A stretch of 64,000 nt of DNA from Candidatus Latescibacterota bacterium (GCA_965248355.1 OZ252098.1:32001-96000), one strand, 5' to 3'. Shown: positions 8,934-19,555, counted from the stretch's first letter. Program-made: numbers and translations. The notes: generated by a model not told the origin, from the sequence alone.

Positions 8934-11288
8934 TCACTCCCGCGAGGCGACCCGGAAGGCGTAGAGGCGGGCCCGGTCGAGGGTGAATCGCAGGCGTACG
9001 GCCTGTCCGCGCCAGGGGCTCAGGTCGGCCACAACGGCGTCCACGTCGTCGCCCTCGAAGATCGCCGGCTCCGGGCCCAGGGGCTCGCCCGACTCGTCGG
9101 TCAGCTCGACGCGGATGGAGCCGCCCCGGTCGGTGGCCGCGTTGAGGAGCAGCTCGTCGCCGTCCACGAGGATGGGGCGGGTGGTGAGCCGGCCGCACCC
9201 GTCGACGGGCTCGGCGTGGGCTAGGCGGAAGGGCCGGCAGCGGGCGAAGGCCGGCTGGTACTTCGTCTGCTTGCCGTCGGCCCAGTAGCCCTCCCAGGTG
9301 GTGAAGTAGGGGGCGTCGGCGTGGTTGGGGCGCTTGCGGCGGAGATCGTCCAGGTCCTCATACCGGGCCATGATCCCGTAGCCGTTGTGGCGCGTGTTGA
9401 TCGCCGAGTAGTGGTACCACCACTGGCCATCGAGCTCGCTGTACTTGTACTGGTCGCGGATCATGCCGAAGTCGTAGGTGCCGGGGCCGTTGGACTCGAT
9501 GAGGCTGCGCCGGTGCCCGGTGAAGCGCTTGAAGTGCAGCAGGTCGCGGGTCCAGATCAGCTCCGGCTCCTGGGTCTGCTCGATCCCCCAGTGGAGCAGC
9601 ACCGAGCCGAGGTAGAGGTTCCGCCGCGGGAAGGCCTGGTTGATCTTGTGCTTCCCCTTGGCCAGCACGGTCCGGCCCGGCGCGTCGCCCGATGTGCCGA
9701 AGCGCTGCATGAGCCCCATGGCGTAGAACTGGGACCCCAGGCGGTCGTGGCCGTCGGGCCCCAGCACGAAGCGGCGGTCATAGGTGATGCCGTCGGCGGT
9801 GGACATGACGGCCAGGCAGCGCAGGGCCAGGTGCAGGTTGTCGTAGGTGACGCCGTGGGGCGGATAGGCGGGCGAGGCGGGGCGGAAGTAGAAGTGCAGG
9901 CGCTTGCCGTCCGACTCCTCCACGTGGCAGCGGATCGTCTCGCTCGTGTGCATGAGATCCATGCCGACCCCGAGGTAGAGGACGGGCTCCCGCGTGAGCA
10001 CGAGGTAGAGGTCGCCGCGCTGCTCGAAGGACCAGAACTCCCCCTTGCGGGGGCGGAAGACCTCGCTCTCCTCGTCCGCGTCCTGGTTCTGAAGGCTCTT
10101 GCAGTCGAAGGGGAAGTCCTCCTTGGCCGAGGCGATGAAGACGTGGTCGAGGTCGACGGGGCCGTCCCTCTCGGCGTCGTAGAAGCGGAACTCGGCGTGC
10201 TCCAGGAGGTGGGCGGTCTCCTCGTCCGCCGGGGAGGGACCGCGGTCGTCGCTGAGGATGTTGTTGGTGGTAGAGCCGTCGTATTCCACGAGCCCGAGGG
10301 CCGGCTTCTCCCACTTCTCGCCGTCCTCGCTGACCAGCAGCATGCGCAGGCGGCTGCGCTCGTCGCGCGTCTCCTGGCGCTCGACGCGCCCGCCGCTGTT
10401 GCCGTAGACGGCCTCGTAGCGCCCGGCCTCGTCCTTCCAGCCCACGGACTCCAGGCCGAGCATCTCCTCGTCGTGGGGCTCGGAGGTGGCGGCCAGGGGC
10501 GCCGGGTTCTTGTCCATGGTGTCGGGGACGAACTGGATGCCCTCCACCTCCTCGAAGCTGTAGTCGTCGACCAGCACCTCGGGATAGCCGGCCAGTTCCA
10601 GCACCTCCGGCGACGGCGGCCCGGCGTCGATCTGCCTCCAGAACTTGCGCACGCACCAGGGGCCCACGGGCCCGCCCCCCACCACGGGCCGCAGGCGGAT
10701 CCAGTACTCGCCCGTGCCCCAGCCGGGGATGGAGAAGGAGTGCTCCTGCAGCTCGTGGGTCAGGTTCAGGCGCCAGGGGCCGGCCAGGGGGACGGTGCCT
10801 TCACGGGTGGTGACATCCACCTCCACCTCGCAGCGGCTGACCCGGCGGCGGCGGATGCGGTAGAGGAAACGGACCTCGTCCTCGTCCTGGAACAGGGCCT
10901 GCCGGGGCGCGCACTCGATGATCTGCGGCCGGGCGTCCACGGCGATGACCATGCGGTCGGAGGGGAAGAAGCCCTTGGGATCGAGGGCCGTGGACTCGGC
11001 GGCGATCATGCGGCCCTCGGCCATCAGGTGCACGTCGAAGCGGTACTCCCCCATGAGCCAGCCGTCCTGCCAGAAACCGGGCTTGGGGTCGTAGCGGCCG
11101 TCGTCCACCAGCGGATAGAGGATGGGGACGCGGGCCTTGCCGTCGCTCACGTCCACCTTTTCCACCGTCAGCTCCTGGACGTAGCCCTGGGGCTGGCGCA
11201 CCTGCACCCGCGCCGTCACGTCCGCCGCCCCCTCGGGGCAGTCCAGGACCAGGCTCTTCCACCAGTAGTCGTTGTCGATGAACTCCAT
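8934..11288 (-). CDS. Large hypothetical protein, putative beta-propeller glycoside-hydrolase-like with C-terminal beta-sandwich
   Basis: SEDGEKWEKPALGLVEY..G..NN motif; C-terminal LTTRP..NA..G.IRVEL..VRLRF.L..A.LYAF signature. Confidence 0.65.
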   Translation of the reverse strand: MEFIDNDYWWKSLVLDCPEGAADVTARVQVRQPQGYVQELTVEKVDVSDGKARVPILYPLVDDGRYDPKPGFWQDGWLMGEYRFDVHLMAEGRMIAAESTALDPKGFFPSDRMVIAVDARPQIIECAPRQALFQDEDEVRFLYRIRRRRVSRCEVEVDVTTREGTVPLAGPWRLNLTHELQEHSFSIPGWGTGEYWIRLRPVVGGGPVGPWCVRKFWRQIDAGPPSPEVLELAGYPEVLVDDYSFEEVEGIQFVPDTMDKNPAPLAATSEPHDEEMLGLESVGWKDEAGRYEAVYGNSGGRVERQETRDERSRLRMLLVSEDGEKWEKPALGLVEYDGSTTNNILSDDRGPSPADEETAHLLEHAEFRFYDAERDGPVDLDHVFIASAKEDFPFDCKSLQNQDADEESEVFRPRKGEFWSFEQRGDLYLVLTREPVLYLGVGMDLMHTSETIRCHVEESDGKRLHFYFRPASPAYPPHGVTYDNLHLALRCLAVMSTADGITYDRRFVLGPDGHDRLGSQFYAMGLMQRFGTSGDAPGRTVLAKGKHKINQAFPRRNLYLGSVLLHWGIEQTQEPELIWTRDLLHFKRFTGHRRSLIESNGPGTYDFGMIRDQYKYSELDGQWWYHYSAINTRHNGYGIMARYEDLDDLRRKRPNHADAPYFTTWEGYWADGKQTKYQPAFARCRPFRLAHAEPVDGCGRLTTRPILVDGDELLLNAATDRGGSIRVELTDESGEPLGPEPAIFEGDDVDAVVADLSPWRGQAVRLRFTLDRARLYAFRVASRE

Positions 11289-11393
11289 GCCGTTCCCTCT
11301 CCCCGGCCTTCGCTCCAGCCGTCTGGAAACATAGCCGGCGGGCAACTCTGCGTCACACGGCGCGACGGCGGGCCCCCCGCGCGGGGTGGTGGA

Positions 11394-11876
11394 TCAGGAA
11401 GAGAGGGTGGGGGACCGCCTGCCCCTGGCGTCCAGGTCGAAGCGGGGGTCGCTGTTGCTGGCGATCATGACCGTGACGAAGGCGGCCAAGGGGGCGCTCA
11501 CCCCTATCACATAGGCTCCTATGAGGCCGCACATGGCTTCGTCGCCGCGAGCGATGAGCCAGGCGGTCACGGCGAGAATGGGGATCACTCCGGCGGCGGC
11601 GGGAGCCAGACGCTGCATGATCGTGAACCTCCCCCGAAGCAGGCGCCCGAAGCGGTTCCACAACCGGATGGAGACGACGGCGAAGAGCAGGAAGAGGAAG
11701 AAGGGGAGGAGGGAGAGCGAAGGGAACTGTTGGTCGACCTCCCACCGGGTGGAGACGATGCCGAGGACCTGGAAGATGGCCCCGGAGACCAGGACCAGCG
11801 CCGCGTTGACGGCCAGGCTCGCCAGGCTCGCCCGGAGGGGCGTTTCGACGAAGCGGGAAAATCTGTTCCAGTCCAT
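11394..11876 (-). CDS. Hypothetical membrane protein (about 4 TM)
   Basis: Four hydrophobic stretches; GGAGG upstream. Confidence 0.7.
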   Translation of the reverse strand: MDWNRFSRFVETPLRASLASLAVNAALVLVSGAIFQVLGIVSTRWEVDQQFPSLSLLPFFLFLLFAVVSIRLWNRFGRLLRGRFTIMQRLAPAAAGVIPILAVTAWLIARGDEAMCGLIGAYVIGVSAPLAAFVTVMIASNSDPRFDLDARGRRSPTLSS

Positions 11877-11979
11877 CTCATGCCTCCAGGAAACCGAGCC
11901 CTGCCGGAGATTGTACGGAGGGGGGGAGGGTAGTCAAAGGCTTCGGGCGGGCGCCGCCGCCTGAGCGGGACCTTCCCCG

Positions 11980-12068
11980 TCGGCGGCTCAGGCAGCCGCC
12001 GCGACCAGTCGAAGTACTCGTCCAGCCGGATCAGCTCGAACTCCTCGACGATGTCGGCCGCCGTCCGC
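11980..12068 (-). repeat. Duplicate of the 3' end of the carbon-nitrogen hydrolase gene (36142-37056)
   Basis: 11992-12058 is identical to 36174-36240 (67 bp); synonymous changes beyond; stop-codon context GCCTGAGCCG retained after an internal deletion. Confidence 0.9.
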
Positions 12069-12110
12069 CGCCGGCCTGGGAGCGCGACATGGAGGGCGCC
12101 TCGCAGCAGC

Positions 12111-12356
12111 GCCATCCCGTCTGAGCATGTGGCCAGTGAACTGTTCGGCCATGAGAAGGGCGCCTTCCCCGGGGCTGTTCCGGGACGATCTCTTCTATCG
12201 TCTCGACGTGTTCCGGATCAACATGCCCCCGCTCCGGGATCGACATGGAGATATCCCCCTGCTCGCCGGCCACTTCATCAGGTTATCGGCCTGACGCCCG
12301 AATGCAGCGGCCTTTTGGAATCCTACCCGTGGCCGGGCAACGTGAGCGAGAATCTC
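12111..12356 (+). pseudogene. Degraded sigma-54 activator (NtrC-type AAA+) fragment
   Basis: [34 protein letters not shown] and YPWPGNV motifs spread over different frames with deletions. Confidence 0.8.
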
Positions 12357-12595
12357 GGGGATATCACACATGTGTATTTCTGCGCAGTTCAATCAAGGAC
12401 ATGTGTAAATAATATACACACATATCTCCCTGAATTGAAAAGTGATTTCCGTCGGACATATTGGGAATTAGAGTGGATATACATAACTAATAATCAATTA
12501 TTTATGTGTATATACCTGAAAATGACCGGGGATTGCATCCGGATCGTATTATGTATACATTGAACACTCATCCTCTCACCACAAATCGGAACGGA

Positions 12596-13423
12596 ATGCA
12601 CACAATGAGTTCGGCAAGTGCAGCGATACTCACACCCCGGCACCAGGAATACGGCTCCGAACCGGTCGAGGTTCGCGAGACCGACCATTACAAGGCGGAG
12701 TACATCCATAGCTTCGTCGAGAAGTGGGATGAGCTGATCGATTGGGAACAACGGGCCGAAGGGGAAGGGGACTTCTTCATCAAGCGGCTGCAGGAGCGCG
12801 GCGCCAGCCGCGTCCTCGATGTCGCCACCGGCACCGGGTTTCACTCGGTGCGGCTGTTGAAGGCCGGCTTCGATGTGGTCAGCGCCGATGGCAGTCCGGC
12901 GATGTTGTGCCAGGCATTCGAGAACGCTCGTCGGCGAGGACTGGTCCTGCGCACCGTGCAGGCGGACTGGCGTTTCCTCAACCGCGATATCCACGAAACC
13001 TTCGATGCCGTCATCTGTCTGGGCAACTCTTTCACGCACCTTTTCAAGGAGCGGGACCGCCGCAAGGCCCTGGCCGAGTTCTACGCCGTTCTCAATCACG
13101 ACGGCTTCCTCATTCTCGATCAGCGCAACTACGACGCGATCCTCGACAGCGGGTCCAGGTGCAAGCAGGAGTTCTACTACTGCGGTGACGACATCGTGGT
13201 CGAGCCCGAGCATGTCGATGACGGTCTTGCTCGCTTTGCATACCGATTCAAGGATGGCTCCACCTTCCACCTGAACATGTTTCCGCTCCGCCGGGATTAC
13301 TCGCGGCGGTTGCTGAAAGAAGTCGGTTTCCAGCGGGTGGAGACCTTTGGTGACTTCCAGGCGGAGTACGACGACCTGGAACCCGATTTCTTCGTCCATG
13401 TGGCAGAAAAGAGCTTGGCCTGA
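12596..13423 (+). CDS. gsmt: Glycine/sarcosine N-methyltransferase
   Basis: FVEKWDELIDW, VLDVATGTGFHS, CLGNSFTHLF, LDQRNYD and LNMFPLR motifs. Confidence 0.92.
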   Translation: MHTMSSASAAILTPRHQEYGSEPVEVRETDHYKAEYIHSFVEKWDELIDWEQRAEGEGDFFIKRLQERGASRVLDVATGTGFHSVRLLKAGFDVVSADGSPAMLCQAFENARRRGLVLRTVQADWRFLNRDIHETFDAVICLGNSFTHLFKERDRRKALAEFYAVLNHDGFLILDQRNYDAILDSGSRCKQEFYYCGDDIVVEPEHVDDGLARFAYRFKDGSTFHLNMFPLRRDYSRRLLKEVGFQRVETFGDFQAEYDDLEPDFFVHVAEKSLA

Positions 13424-14277
13424 TGACGACCGGGATTTCAGAATATTCCGAGGTCGTCCAGACCGCCCGGGACTACTACAACAGCGATGATGCCGAAGCC
13501 TTCTACTCGACGATCTGGGGTGGCGAGGACATCCACATCGGCATGTATCATCGCGAAGGGGACAGCATCGCCGAGGCGGGTCGCCGGGCAACGGCACGCC
13601 TGGCGCGCACTCTGGAGCCGCTGGGCGACTGGGCACGCGTGCTGGACATGGGCTCCGGGTATGGCGGCCCGGCCCGGTATGTAGCCGGGATGTACGGGTG
13701 CCGGGTCACAGGGCTGAACCTGAGTGAGATGGAGAACGCCCGGGCGCGGGGACTCAACGCCGAGCAGGGGCTGTCAGACCGGGTTGAGATCGTCGACGGC
13801 AGCTTCGAGTCGGTGCCGGCGGACGACAGCAGCTTCCATGCGGTGTTCTCACAGGACGCTTTGTTGCACAGCGACCGACGCGACCGGGCCGTCGGTGAAG
13901 CGGTTCGCGTGCTCAAGCCGGGTGGAGTTTTCGCCTTCACCGACATCATGCAGGCGGACGATTGCCCGCCGGGCGTCCTCGACCCGATCCTTGCGCGGAT
14001 TCACCTGACCAGCTTGGCCTCTCCCGATTACTACCGGGGAACGGCGACGGAATACCCTCTCGAGGAAACCGGTTTCACCGACCTCACGCATCATCTCGTA
14101 CGCCACTATGGAGAGGTGTTGGACGAAACGGAAACACGCGAGTCCGAGCTGCGCGATCAGATCAGCGAGGACTACCTGAGCAACATGAAGCGCGGTCTGG
14201 CGCGATGGGTCGAGGGCGGAGAAAGGGGCTACCTCGTCTGGGGAATTTTCGCGTTTCGCAAGTTGAGCCGGTCATGA
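13423..14277 (+). CDS. sdmt: Sarcosine/dimethylglycine N-methyltransferase
   Basis: YYNSDDA..FY..IWGGEDIHIG, LDMGSGYGG and SQDALLH motifs; overlaps the gsmt stop. Confidence 0.92.
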   Translation: MTTGISEYSEVVQTARDYYNSDDAEAFYSTIWGGEDIHIGMYHREGDSIAEAGRRATARLARTLEPLGDWARVLDMGSGYGGPARYVAGMYGCRVTGLNLSEMENARARGLNAEQGLSDRVEIVDGSFESVPADDSSFHAVFSQDALLHSDRRDRAVGEAVRVLKPGGVFAFTDIMQADDCPPGVLDPILARIHLTSLASPDYYRGTATEYPLEETGFTDLTHHLVRHYGEVLDETETRESELRDQISEDYLSNMKRGLARWVEGGERGYLVWGIFAFRKLSRS

Positions 14278-15815
14278 GCGGTACCGCTGGTTCGCTGGCA
14301 GACCCCTCGAAGCCCGGGCGGCGGAACCGGCTCGGTCTCGAAATAAACCAGACCGTCTTCTGGGCCTCGGCGGCCCTGGTGGTCCTCTTCGTCGCGTTCA
14401 CTCTGCTGAACCTGAGCGGGATGACCGGGATCTTCGACGCTGTTCTCGAGTTCATCACGGGGCAGGCGGGATGGTTCTTCGTGCTCTGTGTGAACGTCTA
14501 TCTGGCCATCGTCCTGTTTTTTCTTTTCAGCCGCCACGGCCGCGTTCGTCTGGGCGGCGACGAAGCGCGCCCCGACTTCAGTTACTGGGGCTGGCTGTCG
14601 ATGCTGTTCAGCGCCGGCATGGGCATAGGGTTGATGTTCTGGAGTGTGGCCGAGCCTATCTACCATTTCGACAGCCCCCCGTGGGGGGAGCCGCATACCG
14701 CCGAGGCCGCCCGCCTGGCCATGGGCATCACCTTCTTCCACTGGGGATTTCACGCCTGGGGACTCTACGGTCTGATGGCGCTGGCCCTGGCCTACTTCGC
14801 CTACAATCGCGGCCTGCCGCTGACGGTGCGCTCCACTTTCTACCCGCTCCTGGGGGAGCGGATCCACGGTTTGGCCGGGGACGTGATCGACATACTGGCG
14901 ACGCTGGCGACGATCTTCGGCCTGGCCACGTCCCTGGGACTGGGTGCGCAACAGGTCAACGCCGGGTTCGCCTACCTCTTCGACATCCCGCAAGACGTGA
15001 CGGTGCAGGTGGGTCTGATCGCCGGAATCACGGCCATGGCGACGATCTCCGTGGTCCTCGGCGTCGACCGGGGAATTCGACGCCTGAGTCAACTCAACGT
15101 CATCCTGGCCTGTCTGTTGCTGCTGTTCGTAATGGCGGCCGGCCCCACCCGTTACCTGCTCGATGCCCTCGTGCAGAACTTCGGCATCTACATACAGGAG
15201 CTGCCGCGGCTGAGCTTCTGGACCGAGGCCTACCGCAACACAGGCTGGCAGCACGGCTGGACCCTCTTCTACTGGGCCTGGTGGATCGCCTGGTCTCCTT
15301 TTGTCGGGATTTTTGTCGCCCGTGTGTCGCGCGGCCGCACAGTGCGCGAATTCGTCGGTGCCATCCTGCTCGTACCCACCCTGGCCACCTGCGTGTGGCT
15401 GACCGTGTTCGGGAATGCCGCACTGCACGTCGAGCTCTTCGGCGCCGGCGGCATCGCCGCGGCTGTGAAAGAAGACGTCGCGGTTGCCCTCTTTCAGCTG
15501 CTCGAACACTATCCACTGACGTCGCTCACCGTGACGCTCGCGGTGTGCATCGTCATCACCTTCTTCGTCACCTCCTCGGATTCGGCCTCCCTCGTCGTAG
15601 ACATCATCACCGCAGGCGGCCATCTGGATCCGCCGCGGATCCAGAGGGTGTTCTGGGCTTCGATGGAGGGCGTCGTCGCCGCCGTGCTGCTCATGGGTGG
15701 GGGGCTGCTGGCATTGCAGACGGCGGTGGTGACCACAGGTCTGCCCTTCGCGGTCGTGCTGCTGCTGCTCGGCTTCAGTCTGGTGCGAGGCATGAGCGCG
15801 GAGCGCAATCGGTGA
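14274..15815 (+). CDS. BCCT-family betaine/choline/carnitine transporter
   Basis: MLFSAGMGIGL, FHWG.HAW, WTLFYWAWWIAWSPFVG and FFVTSSDS motifs. Confidence 0.95.
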   Translation: MSGTAGSLADPSKPGRRNRLGLEINQTVFWASAALVVLFVAFTLLNLSGMTGIFDAVLEFITGQAGWFFVLCVNVYLAIVLFFLFSRHGRVRLGGDEARPDFSYWGWLSMLFSAGMGIGLMFWSVAEPIYHFDSPPWGEPHTAEAARLAMGITFFHWGFHAWGLYGLMALALAYFAYNRGLPLTVRSTFYPLLGERIHGLAGDVIDILATLATIFGLATSLGLGAQQVNAGFAYLFDIPQDVTVQVGLIAGITAMATISVVLGVDRGIRRLSQLNVILACLLLLFVMAAGPTRYLLDALVQNFGIYIQELPRLSFWTEAYRNTGWQHGWTLFYWAWWIAWSPFVGIFVARVSRGRTVREFVGAILLVPTLATCVWLTVFGNAALHVELFGAGGIAAAVKEDVAVALFQLLEHYPLTSLTVTLAVCIVITFFVTSSDSASLVVDIITAGGHLDPPRIQRVFWASMEGVVAAVLLMGGGLLALQTAVVTTGLPFAVVLLLLGFSLVRGMSAERNR

Positions 15816-15889
15816 ACTGAACCGCAGCCCGATATCGCCTGAGTCGGCGCCTCCGATCGCCCACTTGGCGCACCTGCCGCATCTGTTCG

Positions 15890-16035
15890 CTACATCGCCC
15901 TCCCGACGCGCCCGATCCAGGCCCTCAGATCCATGGCCAGGCTGAGGAACGTAGGCACCAGAAACAGGGTGAACAGCGTGGACAGCAGCAGGCCGCCGAT
16001 GACCACGCTTCCCAACCCCCTATACAGTTCGGACC
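15890..16035 (-). repeat. Diverged duplicate of the last 146 bp of the RND permease gene (31913-32058)
   Basis: 10 differences in 146 bp, 8 of them synonymous (including stop TAG/TAA). Confidence 0.92.
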
Positions 16036-16280
16036 TAGATCGAATCACGGCATGGTCAGAACCGAGGTGCGCTCGCGTGATGCTGACTCGCATCTTGGAC
16101 ACCTGTTTCCGGATGGCCCGAGCCGACCGGGGTACGATACTGCATCAACTCTGCTGCGCTCCGATTTGTCTCGCGTGACGAACTTGAGGCGCAAGGCTAC
16201 GGGGAATACTTGGACACGTGATCGCGCTGAGCAAGCAAAACATGCGCGTATCACACAACCGACAACCAGGAGGATCGAAA

Positions 16281-17390
16281 ATGTTGAACAAAACTAGGTG
16301 GGCAGGTGCAGCGGCCGCCCTTGGAGCGTTGCTCTTGATATCGACTGCAGCAAGTGCTGCGCATCATTTCGAATCATCGCTGTCACAGGCTGAGCCGACA
16401 TTGGACCTTACGGATGTCTATGTTTTTCCATCTGAACGAACTGGATATACCGTGGTCATCGCAAATGTGAACCCGCATGCCGAACCGGGAGCCACATCGC
16501 CTTTCGACGACAACGGTCTATACAGCATGCACATTGGCCAGGATCAGGAGCTATCGGACGGTCTGACGCTGACGTTTCAGTTCACCGGTACCAAGGGACG
16601 TGTCGGGTTTGTCAGCGGGGCCAATGAAGGCATCGGCTCGCGAGGCTCGATGATAGGCGAGGTCAATCTCGATCGATCGGCCGATATCAGCAAAGGTTTG
16701 AAAGTGTGGGCCGGTGCGATCCGTGACCCGTTCATGGGCAACTGTGTCGGGTTGGCCCGGCAGCACGTGAGCGAGGCCAGTGGTCAGTTCAATCCCCAGG
16801 TCTACGACAACAAGGTGGACTTTTTCGAGCAGCGAGCCTCAGGTTCGCTTGTGGTCGAGGTCCCCAATTCAATGCTCGGTCAAAGCGTCTATTTTTACGC
16901 CACGACCGCCAGATATGCCGATGGCGATTGGATCCAAATCAACCGGATGGCAAATCCGCTTCTGACGCACATTTTCATGCATTTCGATGCCCAGAACACG
17001 GTGGAGCATGTGTCACATCGTCCGGATACTGATGGCATGCGGTCATCCGCGATAGCGGGACATACCCTTCGGATGGTCACGATGGCCGGGACCCATGAGC
17101 GCGATGCAGTTGCATACACTGATGAGGTCGTGAAGCGGCTGCTGCCGGATATGATCGGGTACACCGTCGGCGGCTCCGCAGAGTACTCGGCAGGGACCAC
17201 TGGAGGGCGCAAGCTCGCCGACGACGCAATGGATTCGCAGATTAGCCTCTTCTGGGGCAAGACCGTGACGGATGGAGCCAACTACAACGATGATCGATAT
17301 CAAGCGAGCTTTCCCTACGTCATTCCGCTCAGCACCCTTCCGGACGGCAGGCCGCCTAGATGGGACGAGCGTACAAGTTGCGCCCCTTAA
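16281..17390 (+). CDS. DUF4331-like exported protein
   Basis: Signal peptide; HHFES...[21 protein letters not shown] and GR.L.DD motifs; AGGAGG RBS. Confidence 0.75.
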   Translation: MLNKTRWAGAAAALGALLLISTAASAAHHFESSLSQAEPTLDLTDVYVFPSERTGYTVVIANVNPHAEPGATSPFDDNGLYSMHIGQDQELSDGLTLTFQFTGTKGRVGFVSGANEGIGSRGSMIGEVNLDRSADISKGLKVWAGAIRDPFMGNCVGLARQHVSEASGQFNPQVYDNKVDFFEQRASGSLVVEVPNSMLGQSVYFYATTARYADGDWIQINRMANPLLTHIFMHFDAQNTVEHVSHRPDTDGMRSSAIAGHTLRMVTMAGTHERDAVAYTDEVVKRLLPDMIGYTVGGSAEYSAGTTGGRKLADDAMDSQISLFWGKTVTDGANYNDDRYQASFPYVIPLSTLPDGRPPRWDERTSCAP

Positions 17391-17441
17391 GTGGAAGTCA
17401 GCGGCTTCCGTCGGATGGGATACTCCGGCAGGTCCGCATCG

Positions 17442-18837
17442 GAGCTACTATCGAAAGGTGTGGAAAAAGAGAAAAGGCGACCCTACCCTTCCTATTTTAG
17501 CAGCACACCACAAACCGCCCGGATGACGCCGGGCTTGGAAGGAGAGAGTCGCCGTGAAGGAATCTATGTTGGAGATCCCCCGCGCGTCCATGCCCACCTG
17601 GGAGACCTTGGAAGGATGGGTCCGGGGCTGGATCCAGGACCTGCTGCAGCGGATCCTGGAGGAGGAGGTGACCGAAGCGCTCGGGCGTACGCGGTATGCG
17701 CGCCGGTCGGCGGTGGACGCCCCGGGCTCGCGCAACGGCTACGGCAAGCCGCGGCGGCTGGCGCTGATGTCGGGCCCCATCGAGGTGAGACGGCCGCGGA
17801 TTCGAGGCCTGGAGGAGCGCTTTGAGAGCCGCATCCTGCCGCTGTTCCAGCGACGCACGCAGGAGGTGACCCGGCTGCTGCCCGAACTCTACCTGCACGG
17901 GCTGTCGCAGGGCGACTTCGAGCTGGCCTTGCGGGGCCTGCTGGGCGACGGGGCGCCCCTGTCGCCCTCGTCCATCGCCCGTCTGCGGGCCACGTGGGAA
18001 GAGCAGTTCGAGACCTGGCAGCAGCGGCGCCTGGACGACCGGGAGTTGGTCTACGCCTGGGCCGACGGCATCTACGTGAAGGCCGGCCTGGAGAAGGACA
18101 AGGCGGCGTTGCTGGTCGTCATCGGGGCCCTGAGCGACGGCCGCAAGGAGATCCTGGCGATACGGCCCGGCCATCGCGAGTCCACCGAGTCGTGGCGAGC
18201 CGTGCTGCGCGATCTTCGGGACCGCGGGCTGCCGGCGCCGCGCCTGATGCTGGCCGATGGCGGCCTGCCGATCTGGAGCGCCGTCGACCAGGTCTGGCCC
18301 GAGGCCGCGCAGCAGCGCTGCTGGAATCACAAGATCCTCAACGTGCTCAACGACCTGCCCAAGCGCGTGCAGGGCGCCGCCCGGGCGCTGCTGACGCAGA
18401 TCCCCACGGCCAAGACCCGTCAGCAAGCCCAGAGACGACGCGATCGCTTCGTGGCTCGCTACGGCGAGGCCTATCCGGCCGCGGCGGCCACCCTCGAGCG
18501 CGACTGGGATCGCATGGTCACGTTTTACGATTTCCCGGAAGCGCACTGGAAACATCTGCGAACGACGAACCCGGTGGAGAGCCCCTTTGCCTCGGTCCGT
18601 CTGCGAACCAACGCGGGCAAACGCTACAAGCGGGTCCAGGGGGCCACCGCTCTCATCTGGCGCCTGCTGAGGGTGGCCGAGACACGATTTCGCAAGCTCA
18701 ACGCGCCCGAGCTCCTGCCGGCGGTCTTCGCCGGTCGGAGATACCAGGACGGAAAACCGATCCAAGAGGACGCCTCTACCAGGGAAGGGAACAAGAGGGC
18801 CGCCTGATCTCGTTTACACACCTTTTGACACGACCTC
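17442..18837 (+). mobile_element. IS256-family insertion sequence
   Basis: Imperfect terminal IRs (GAGCTACTATCGAAAGGTGTG / CACACCTTTTGACACGACCTC) around the transposase; no target duplication seen. Confidence 0.8.
17554..18807 (+). CDS. IS256-family transposase
   Basis: RNGY, WADGIY, ES..SW, ADG, QRCWNHK and LRTTNPVES motifs. Confidence 0.93.
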   Translation: MKESMLEIPRASMPTWETLEGWVRGWIQDLLQRILEEEVTEALGRTRYARRSAVDAPGSRNGYGKPRRLALMSGPIEVRRPRIRGLEERFESRILPLFQRRTQEVTRLLPELYLHGLSQGDFELALRGLLGDGAPLSPSSIARLRATWEEQFETWQQRRLDDRELVYAWADGIYVKAGLEKDKAALLVVIGALSDGRKEILAIRPGHRESTESWRAVLRDLRDRGLPAPRLMLADGGLPIWSAVDQVWPEAAQQRCWNHKILNVLNDLPKRVQGAARALLTQIPTAKTRQQAQRRRDRFVARYGEAYPAAAATLERDWDRMVTFYDFPEAHWKHLRTTNPVESPFASVRLRTNAGKRYKRVQGATALIWRLLRVAETRFRKLNAPELLPAVFAGRRYQDGKPIQEDASTREGNKRAA

Positions 18838-18933
18838 TCTTTTGGTTCGTCATAATTCTGCTGTGCCAGAAGCGTTTGTATACATGAACGGGGCTAATAC
18901 CCCTCCGCGTTCCCTATGTCATTCCAGGCAGAG

Positions 18934-19227
18934 TCATGTGGTTGCCTTGACCAGCGGCTCAATGCCACTGGTGTCGGTGGTAGCCCTGGCCACATCCAGG
19001 TCATACATCCGCTGAAGGTTCAGCCAGAACTCCGGAGTTGTCCCCAGGGCCTTTCCTATCTTCAGCGCGGTGTCTACGGTGATGGACCTACGACAGTGGA
19101 CAATATCGTGGATGCGGAGCGGTGGCACCCCGATGGTCTTCGCCAACCGGTACTGGGTGATGCCCAACTCCTCCATGATCTCCGAGAGATGCTCTCCCGG
19201 GTGTATCGGCTCGGCCGTGTTAGTCAT
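18934..19227 (-). CDS. higA: HigA-family antitoxin (HTH-XRE)
   Basis: HPGE.L, HTH, R.IT.DTA and FWLNLQ..YDL motifs. Confidence 0.93.
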   Translation of the reverse strand: MTNTAEPIHPGEHLSEIMEELGITQYRLAKTIGVPPLRIHDIVHCRRSITVDTALKIGKALGTTPEFWLNLQRMYDLDVARATTDTSGIEPLVKATT

Positions 19228-19238
19228 TGATGTCCTCC

Positions 19239-19517
19239 TCAGTGATAGTCGGTGATTTCCATCTCCATGGCTCCCTGGTCTGTCCAGATGAAGCACAACC
19301 GCCATTGGTCGTTGATGCGGATGCTGTGCTGGCCAGCCCGGTCACCCCGCAGGGCTTCCAGTCGATGGGATGGCGGTACCCGGAGGTCACTCAACGCCAT
19401 GGCGGCGACCACCCGCTGTAACCGCATCCTTGCCCTACGTTGGATGTCATGAGGCAGGCGCCGAGCAATTTGCCCGTTGAAGAGCTGCTCGGCATCCCTG
19501 TCCTTGAATCGGTTCAC
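19239..19517 (-). CDS. higB: HigB-family (RelE-like) toxin
   Basis: DLRVPPS.RLEAL.GDR.GQHSIRINDQWR.CF motif; toxin-first gene order. Confidence 0.93.
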   Translation of the reverse strand: MNRFKDRDAEQLFNGQIARRLPHDIQRRARMRLQRVVAAMALSDLRVPPSHRLEALRGDRAGQHSIRINDQWRLCFIWTDQGAMEMEITDYH

Positions 19518-19523
19518 CTTCGT

Positions 19524-19552
19524 ATAGTAACGCTATGCATTATTACTGTCAA
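19524..19552 (-). promoter_or_regulatory. Sigma70-type higBA promoter with overlapping inverted-repeat operator
   Basis: TTGACA-N17-TACTAT on the minus strand; AGTAA..TTACT inverted repeat; GTG start only 6 nt downstream of the -10. Confidence 0.75.
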
Positions 19553-19555
19553 GTG

